In this document: piece after piece, positions 58,337 through 64,000 of the stretch
Numbering within the stretch: the stretch's first letter is position 1
Layout of the letters: each line of letters starts with the position of its first letter
Assembly (NCBI GenBank): GCA_965200315.1
Contig: OZ241362.1
Coordinates: 4,224,001-4,288,000, forward strand
Origin: Candidatus Latescibacterota bacterium
Lineage (GTDB): Bacteria; Latescibacterota; UBA2968; UBA8231
DNA length: 64,000 nucleotides
Direction of reading: 5' to 3'
Translations under genes and position numbers: made by a program
Notes under the pieces: generated by a model
Databases searched by the model: none
The model's input: only the letters and a program-made list of their open reading frames with translations
Told to the model about the DNA's origin: nothing

Positions 58337-58710
58337 ATGGAATGCGACGACGCCAGCATTAGCGACGATGAAATCGTACTCCGCCGCGTCGCTGAGAATT
58401 TCGTTACTGACGATCAAAACCTCCAAAAGCTTCGGCCTTCGACTCAAGCGTTCAAGCAGGGTGGCCCTGATGGACTCGTTTCCGTGTATCTGTTTTCGGA
58501 GACCAACCCGGCTGCGGTTGCGGATGAGGGACCCGAAAAATACCTAGCGTCTGTAAGAGTGGGAAGATTACGCGAGTTGGGGTTGGGAGTAGTTCGCGAT
58601 CCCTCGTCGGGTGTCCTGGGCACTGCGTTATCACGGGTAGGAAGACCAAGGGAAGGCTAAACCGGATCGTCTGCGAGGCCGAGTGGGTCAACGGGTACGC
58701 ACCCGTATAA
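58337..58710 (+). pseudogene. Small hypothetical protein, possibly RES/ART-like, with apparent 1-nt frameshift near 58612
   Basis: EIVLRRV...RPSTQAF...GLVSV...LGLGVVRDP then, in another frame, PGHCVITGRKTKGRLNRIVCEAEWV to TAA 58710. Confidence 0.6.
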
Positions 58711-59020
58711 GAGACCTTCACCGCGCCACCCGTTTTCACGGGCGCAGGCTTTTAGGCGTGCCATCCAGTTTTGTTAGGGCCTCTTATAGCAATCCCACGT
58801 CCTTCATAAGATGAAAAGCATGACGGGGTGCGCGGGCGTCTCGCTTGCGGGCAGGGAACGCAGCGAAGACGGTGCCGCTGAACGTTCCATGCTTGTAAGT
58901 CATGTAGGATTGCTATAGTACATCCTCCTCGTCCCGTGTCGCCAAGCCGAACCATCGGCCACCCTCCGACACCCTAAACCCACCACCAACACACCGCGTT
59001 TTCCCGCTGCTCCAAGCCAG

Positions 59021-59162
59021 CGAAAGCCTCATTCCGGGTGTGCGCGACGGCATCTCCAACGAAGTGGTGGATAACCCGGTCGAAATTCAGGTCGGGCGCG
59101 GCGATTTGTTGTTGTGTGTGCAGCCGCAGAGCGCGTTAGGGCAGATCGAATTGTTGGATTAG
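59021..59162 (+). repeat. Direct repeat copy 2: displaced 3' end of thiN
   Basis: ESLIPGVRDGISNEVVDNPVEIQVGRGDLLLCVQPQSALGQIELLD*; its TAG (59160-59162) abuts the stop of the convergent radical SAM gene. Confidence 0.95.
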
Positions 59163-60095
59163 TCAGGCCGAGCAGCTAGCGCCTCCGAGGACGCAAAATT
59201 GGGCGCAGTGCGGGTGGTTGAGCGCCACCGGACTCGAGGCTTCGGCCAAGGTCCGGCCCATCTCAAAGGCCGCGTCATAAGGCAGCAGGGTACAGGAGAG
59301 CACGACCGGAGAATCCGCGCCCTTGCGCTTGACGACCATGCGCGACGAGGCGCACATGATGTCGTCGGGCGACTGGCCGAGAATGTCCCAGCAGCCGGTG
59401 GTGATTTCGGGAACATCGACTGAGGAGTTCATTTCCGGGAAGATCACGAGCTGGCTGGGGTCGGCTGCGTCAATGCACACGCCGAGGTCGGCAAAAAGAC
59501 GGGCGAAGCCAGCGCGCAACGCGCTTTCTTCGCCGCCCCAGAGCATGCGGCTAGCGGCTGTTAGGTGGAAGCCGCATGCGGAAAGCCAGCGCAAGCCCTC
59601 GATCATCGGTGCCCAAGAGTGCTCGCCGCGCTCTACCTCGTGCAAAGCCGGCTCGTAGTGGTCGATGGAGACGCGGATCGCCAGCCGGTCGCCGTGCGCC
59701 TCGCGCAGCCGCAACAGGCCGTCGGCGCACTTCATCATCGGCCGCATGGCGTTGGTCAGCACCAAGCTCTCAAAGCCCCGTCCCAGCACATCCTCCAGCA
59801 TGTCGAGCATCTCGGGATTCATAAAAGGCTCGCCGCCAGTGAAGCCGATCTCGCACGTGCCCAGCCGGTCGCGCTCGATTTCGTCGAGATAGGCCGCCAC
59901 TTCTGCCGCCGTGAGGTACGCCAAGCGGTCGTTGCGCGGGCTCGATTCGATGTAGCAGTTGGCGCACTCTAAATTGCAGAGCGTGCCGGTGTTGAACCAC
60001 AGGGTCTCCAGCCGCGTCAACGCTACGCGAGCGCGTTCCTCTCCGTCGGCGGTGATGTCGGGGTCTTGGAATTTGCGTGGGTCTAGGTGGGGCAT
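59163..60095 (-). CDS. Radical SAM protein (ArsS-related family)
   Basis: CNLECANC cluster motif, FTGGEPFMN, LTNA, PEITTGCW, MC..SRM, C-terminal HCAQFCVLGGASC; start placed at ATG 60095. Confidence 0.88.
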   Translation of the reverse strand: MPHLDPRKFQDPDITADGEERARVALTRLETLWFNTGTLCNLECANCYIESSPRNDRLAYLTAAEVAAYLDEIERDRLGTCEIGFTGGEPFMNPEMLDMLEDVLGRGFESLVLTNAMRPMMKCADGLLRLREAHGDRLAIRVSIDHYEPALHEVERGEHSWAPMIEGLRWLSACGFHLTAASRMLWGGEESALRAGFARLFADLGVCIDAADPSQLVIFPEMNSSVDVPEITTGCWDILGQSPDDIMCASSRMVVKRKGADSPVVLSCTLLPYDAAFEMGRTLAEASSPVALNHPHCAQFCVLGGASCSA

Positions 60096-60324
60096 GCTGT
60101 CTCCGGTTTGGCCCTCCGGGGATCGCTTGGGCGTCGTAGGCTGCAAAAGAGTCGATAGTTTAACAGGCTGTCAAGACGCCCGGTGCGTACAGCAGGGGGG
60201 AGGCTCTGGCGAAGTTTGGGTCGGATGAGTAGGTTGTCTGCGGCATAGAAAGGCGAACCACACGCGGTTTTCAAGGGCGAGACGCCCTCGTTCCCATCGG
60301 AGCTGCATAGAAAGGAGAATTACC

Positions 60325-61401
60325 ATGAAGAAGCACACAGTAGCTATCATCGGCCTCGGGCGCATGGGCAGCACCATTGATGACGAAGGGCACGGTCGCT
60401 TGCCTTATTCGGTTGCAGCCGCAACGAGGGCGAGCGAGCGGCTGGAGCTCGTGGCCGGAGCGGACCTACTGCCGGATAAGCGCGATGCGTTTCAAAGCCG
60501 CTGGGGCGTGGCCGTGTACGAGGACTTCCGCGACATGATCAGCCGCGAAGAGCCAGACATCGTAGCCATCTGCACGGCGGCCTGTTTGCCCAAGCCCGCC
60601 AGAGAGGCCCCGGACGCGAGTTTTCGCGGCGACTCGCACGCCGATCTAGCGGTAGCGGTGGCCGATCTGGGCGTGCCGATGATCTACCTCGAAAAGGCCA
60701 TGGCCAGCTCAATGGAGCGCGCCGACGAAATCCGCGATGCTGTAAAGCGCAACAACGCGCTCTTCAACACGGGCGTCCTGCGCCGCTTTGACAACCGCTA
60801 CGAGGTGGTCAAGGACGCGGTCGCCGCCGGTCAGGTCGGCGAGGTGCGGGCCGTGATTCACTACGCCAGTTCCAGCCTGATGCACGGGCACATCCATTCG
60901 ATCGACACGGTGTCCTATCTCATCGGCGACCCGGCGATTGAAGCTGTGCGCGGCGAGCTGTTGCCGCGCGGCTTGCAAGTCGAGGGCAATCACATTCCGT
61001 CTGATCCTTTGGCCACCTATCAACTGCGCTTTGCCAACGGCGTCGAGGCGTGGTCCATTCCAGCGGCCCCGTGGGAATTCGAGGTTATCGGCTCGGAGGG
61101 CGCGATTCGCTCGGGCAACAATGGGGCCAACGTTTTGCTGCGCCAGCCCGGCACCGTGCAAGGACGGAACGCCTTGTGGGAGGAGGTATCTGTCGATCCG
61201 GTGACGCCGCGCAGTACGACGCAGTGCTGCTTGGAGGATTTGGTTGAGGCGCACGAATCCGGCCAACCCACGCGCGGCCACATCGACGTGACGCACCACA
61301 TCACCGAAGCCACCATTGCCGTCGCCGAGAGCCATCGCCAAGGCGGTGCTTGGGTGGAGTTACCGCTGCCTTCGCGCGACTTGTACATTTTTCACGTCTA
61401 G
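60325..61401 (+). CDS. Gfo/Idh/MocA family oxidoreductase
   Basis: IIGLGRMG, Y.DF..M...E.PDIVAICT, LEKAMA; AAGGAG SD. Confidence 0.92.
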   Translation: MKKHTVAIIGLGRMGSTIDDEGHGRLPYSVAAATRASERLELVAGADLLPDKRDAFQSRWGVAVYEDFRDMISREEPDIVAICTAACLPKPAREAPDASFRGDSHADLAVAVADLGVPMIYLEKAMASSMERADEIRDAVKRNNALFNTGVLRRFDNRYEVVKDAVAAGQVGEVRAVIHYASSSLMHGHIHSIDTVSYLIGDPAIEAVRGELLPRGLQVEGNHIPSDPLATYQLRFANGVEAWSIPAAPWEFEVIGSEGAIRSGNNGANVLLRQPGTVQGRNALWEEVSVDPVTPRSTTQCCLEDLVEAHESGQPTRGHIDVTHHITEATIAVAESHRQGGAWVELPLPSRDLYIFHV

Positions 61402-61441
61402 GGGCCTCTACCTCTACCTACTTACTACTGAAAGGATACAC

Positions 61442-62227
61442 GTGCTAAAAGCAGGCATATTCCTCGATATGGAAAATCTCAACCGCTGCGGCGGCTATGC
61501 CATCCGCTTTCGCCGGATCAAGGCCCTCGTGGAGGCGCAGCAGGCGGTTGTGGTGCGGGCCAACGCCTATATGGCTGTTGACCGCGAACGCGAAAACATG
61601 GACGCAGAGTACCGCCAAAAAAGGGAAACGTATCGCAATCGAGCGCGGCGCGAGGGCTACCACCTAATACTTAAAGAAGTGCGGCGTTATCGCAGTTCGG
61701 ACGGCGAGACGATCGTCAAGGCCGACGCCGATCTAGAGCTGGCGATAGATGCCCTGTTGCAGTCGGCCAACTTGGACTACGTGCTGTTGGGCAGCGGCGA
61801 TGGCGATTTTGTGCGCTTGGTGCGCGCCCTGCAAAACCGGGGTAAGCGGGTTGATCTGCTGTCTTTTATGAACACCAGCACCGAGCTGCGCCAAGAGGTA
61901 GATTACCACTTTTCCGGGTATCTAGTGCCCGGCATTCTGTTCGCTGAACGCGGCCCAACCCAGCGCCTGCGCGGCATCTTACACGCAGTCAACGAGGAGA
62001 AGGGCTACGGGTTCTTGACCGCGCAGACTGGCTTGGGGATGGACACCATGCGCGAGGATATCTTTCTGCATATTACCGACCTGCGAACAGCGAGAGGCGA
62101 GGGGGTGTCCAACGCGGATTTTGCCTATCTGCGGGTGAGCGGTGCGATCATCGAGTTTGAGGTGGAGGACGATGGCGACCGGAAAAAGGCCGTCAATGCG
62201 GTGGAGTTCCGGCCGGAGTTGCTGTGA
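61442..62227 (+). CDS. NYN (LabA-like PIN) domain protein with C-terminal cold-shock-like domain
   Basis: FLDMEN, KADADLELAID, LGSGDGDF..LV..LQ..GK.V, then EKGYGFL...DIFLHITD (RNP1/RNP2-like); GTG start 61442. Confidence 0.88.
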   Translation: MLKAGIFLDMENLNRCGGYAIRFRRIKALVEAQQAVVVRANAYMAVDRERENMDAEYRQKRETYRNRARREGYHLILKEVRRYRSSDGETIVKADADLELAIDALLQSANLDYVLLGSGDGDFVRLVRALQNRGKRVDLLSFMNTSTELRQEVDYHFSGYLVPGILFAERGPTQRLRGILHAVNEEKGYGFLTAQTGLGMDTMREDIFLHITDLRTARGEGVSNADFAYLRVSGAIIEFEVEDDGDRKKAVNAVEFRPELL

Positions 62228-62961
62228 CGATGAAAAAGGACTGGTGCGCCGAGGAGTTTCGCTGTATGGTCGCCCTCGGCGAGAGTACCACTGCTGGCGG
62301 CTGGAGCACCGCTCCCGATCGCTGCTGGGTGCCTCTCCTCGGTGCGCTCATCAACGACTTCCAGACCGCGCCGATGCGGATCGTCAACGCTGGAATCGGC
62401 GCCAACCTCATCGCCCGGCGCAGCCCAGCATACGAGGAAAGCGGCAAGCCGGCTGCCGACGAGCGCCTCGACAAACACGTCCTCGCCCACGACCCCGACC
62501 TGCTCGCGATCTCCTACGGCCTCAACGACGCCCGGGGCGGTACGCCATTGGCTCAGTTCCGCGAAGACCTTGTCCTGCTCGTGGGGCGCATACGCCAACG
62601 CGGGAACCCGCTCATCCTGTTGCTCGGGCCTTACTTCATGACCGACTTCACCGTCGGGGGGAAGACTTGGAGCCGCGCTGGGCTGCCCCTGTTCAGGCAC
62701 TTCAATGCGGCCACGGCCGAGGTGGCGGCCGAACTCGACTGTCTGTACGTCGATCTGCTGGCCGCCAGCGGTGAAGCACCTTGGATGGTCCACTACGACG
62801 GCGTACACCAAAACGACCTCGGCCACCGGATCGTCGCCAATCGCATCTTCGAGGTACTCGCCCAGAATTGTTCCTGCTTGGCGAAGCGGACCCGGCAGGC
62901 CGAGCGGAGCAGTCCGAGGTGGCGGGACGAGTCGGTGCTGAAGTCCGATTACGGCTTCTGA
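62224..62961 (+). CDS. SGNH/GDSL hydrolase family protein
   Basis: LGESTTAG, NAGIG, YGLND, DGVHQNDLGH. Confidence 0.9.
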   Translation: MTMKKDWCAEEFRCMVALGESTTAGGWSTAPDRCWVPLLGALINDFQTAPMRIVNAGIGANLIARRSPAYEESGKPAADERLDKHVLAHDPDLLAISYGLNDARGGTPLAQFREDLVLLVGRIRQRGNPLILLLGPYFMTDFTVGGKTWSRAGLPLFRHFNAATAEVAAELDCLYVDLLAASGEAPWMVHYDGVHQNDLGHRIVANRIFEVLAQNCSCLAKRTRQAERSSPRWRDESVLKSDYGF

Positions 62962-62973
62962 CCAAAAGGAGGT

Positions 62974-64000
62974 ATGAGCGCCATGATTCGCGTCGCTATC
63001 GCCGGCTGCCACCGCCAGATTCTGCGCAAGCCGACGAGCCACAATTTCGCCTCTGCTTTCTGTGCCCATCCCGACTCGGAAGTCGTCGGTGTCTTCGATT
63101 ACGGCGAACAGGAGCGCACAGCATTCGTCGAGTGCTGGCGGGATGTGTGGGGAGAGGTGCCGACCTTTGACGACTACGAGCAGCTTTTCAAAGAGGTCGG
63201 TCCCGACATTGTCTGCATCGCCACTCGACAGACGATGCACGCCGACCAGATCGAAAGGGCGGTGGCCGCTGGCGTCCGCTGGATTCTGAGTGACAAACCG
63301 CTGGTCACGCCCCTCGCCGAAATGGATCGCATCGTCGCGGCCTGTGAGGAGACCCCCCTTGCCTTCGCCTTGGACCGGCGCTGGGACTCGGCCTATCGGG
63401 CACTAAGCTCGGCCATCGCTGGCGGCCTAATCGGCGAGGTGACCAGTCTGGTGGTATATGGCATCCCGAATACAATCAATCACGGCTGTCACTGGTACGA
63501 CGCCATGCTTGCGCTGCTGGGCGATCCGGAGCCTGCATGGGTCAGCGGCTTTGTCGATCCGGGCGACCCCGCGGATGAGCGTCGCCGGATCGATCCGCCC
63601 TGCCGGGCGCAGATCGGGATGGACAACGGCGCTGTGGCCTATGTAACCGGCGACGGACCCAAAGGCCCCGCCTTTGAGGTGGGGGGCGATGGCGGCCGGC
63701 TCTCGGTATTCGCCGACGCGAGCGCAGCCCGCATTTGGAGGGACGACTCTGAAGAGTTATTTCCCTTGCCGCCAAAGGCGGAAGGCTGGCCGGCTGGCAT
63801 GAACATGGTGAATGACCTGATCCGCACGGTCAAAGAGGGTGGCCGCACTGCGTGCGACATCTCCGAGGCCCGACGCGCAACCGAAATCGGATTCGCCATC
63901 TGCTCTTCCTCGGAGCGGGAAGGGGTTAGGGTTGCGCTGCCCTCAGCAGATCGATCCCTCCGCGTCGAGTCGTATCCGTGGGGGAACGAAGCTCCGAATG
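62974..64000 (+). CDS. Gfo/Idh/MocA family oxidoreductase, runs off the window end
   Basis: AGGAGG SD, MSAMIRVAIAGC, DDYEQLF.EV.PDIVCIAT...HA, DKPL; absent from ORF track because no stop lies in the window. Confidence 0.88.
   Translation, partial: MSAMIRVAIAGCHRQILRKPTSHNFASAFCAHPDSEVVGVFDYGEQERTAFVECWRDVWGEVPTFDDYEQLFKEVGPDIVCIATRQTMHADQIERAVAAGVRWILSDKPLVTPLAEMDRIVAACEETPLAFALDRRWDSAYRALSSAIAGGLIGEVTSLVVYGIPNTINHGCHWYDAMLALLGDPEPAWVSGFVDPGDPADERRRIDPPCRAQIGMDNGAVAYVTGDGPKGPAFEVGGDGGRLSVFADASAARIWRDDSEELFPLPPKAEGWPAGMNMVNDLIRTVKEGGRTACDISEARRATEIGFAICSSSEREGVRVALPSADRSLRVESYPWGNEAPN

Noticed and set aside
56729-59124. Diversity-generating retroelement TR/VR pair: ~100 bp repeat, one copy at a gene 3' end, both mismatches are A in the intergenic copy
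   Set aside because: Only two mismatches with most adenines unchanged, no reverse transcriptase in the window, thiN is an implausible target, and both copies continue into homologous C-termini as expected for integration
1-64000. CRISPR array, rRNA, tRNA or integron attC array
   Set aside because: No regularly spaced repeats, cloverleaf or rRNA-like sequence noticed by eye; a covariance-model scan would be needed to exclude them fully
1-64000. Stop-codon recoding, suggested by frequent CTAG/TAG
   Set aside because: Conserved genes are full length under the standard code and TAG falls at expected ends; CTAG excess is better explained by CCWGG mutation bias

Overview
GC-rich bacterial chromosome segment. 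The content (six PhyH-family dioxygenases, FlgD-Ig/T9SS-like C-terminal domains, CotH-LTD protein, dockerin remnant, Gfo/Idh/MocA and SDR enzymes) suggests an FCB-group organism such as Ca. Latescibacterota, possibly a marine or sponge-associated lineage; this is inference only. Main observations: (1) A ~17 kb minus-strand cell-envelope operon (14228-31338). It holds a lipoprotein PPIase, three paralogous secreted discoidin-like proteins ending in a TPNGD..ND/FlgD-Ig domain and [AG]VAY, two paralogous ~880 aa Asp/Asn-rich putative outer-membrane proteins each directly downstream of such a protein, a GT-C-like/TPR membrane protein and a CBM9-like protein with a SWGRIK tail. A PhyH gene and a sugar ABC importer follow it. 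This is a candidate undescribed glycan-capture or surface-secretion system. (2) Three integrase-less cassettes, each flanked by a duplicated host gene end: a type III R-M system between two coupled ABC half-transporter genes, a TIGR04255-led three-gene module in the 3' end of thiN, and a decayed TolC/OprM fragment after a PhyH gene. (3) A TPP riboswitch upstream of a TonB-dependent receptor and thiN. (4) Many pseudogene scraps (IS256, PIN toxin, two Rieske remnants, dockerin protein, BrnA-like). (5) Apparent CCWGG depletion with excess of its C-to-T products. No rRNA, tRNA, CRISPR array, integrase or reverse transcriptase was seen. Family assignments come from motif recognition by eye, not database searches.
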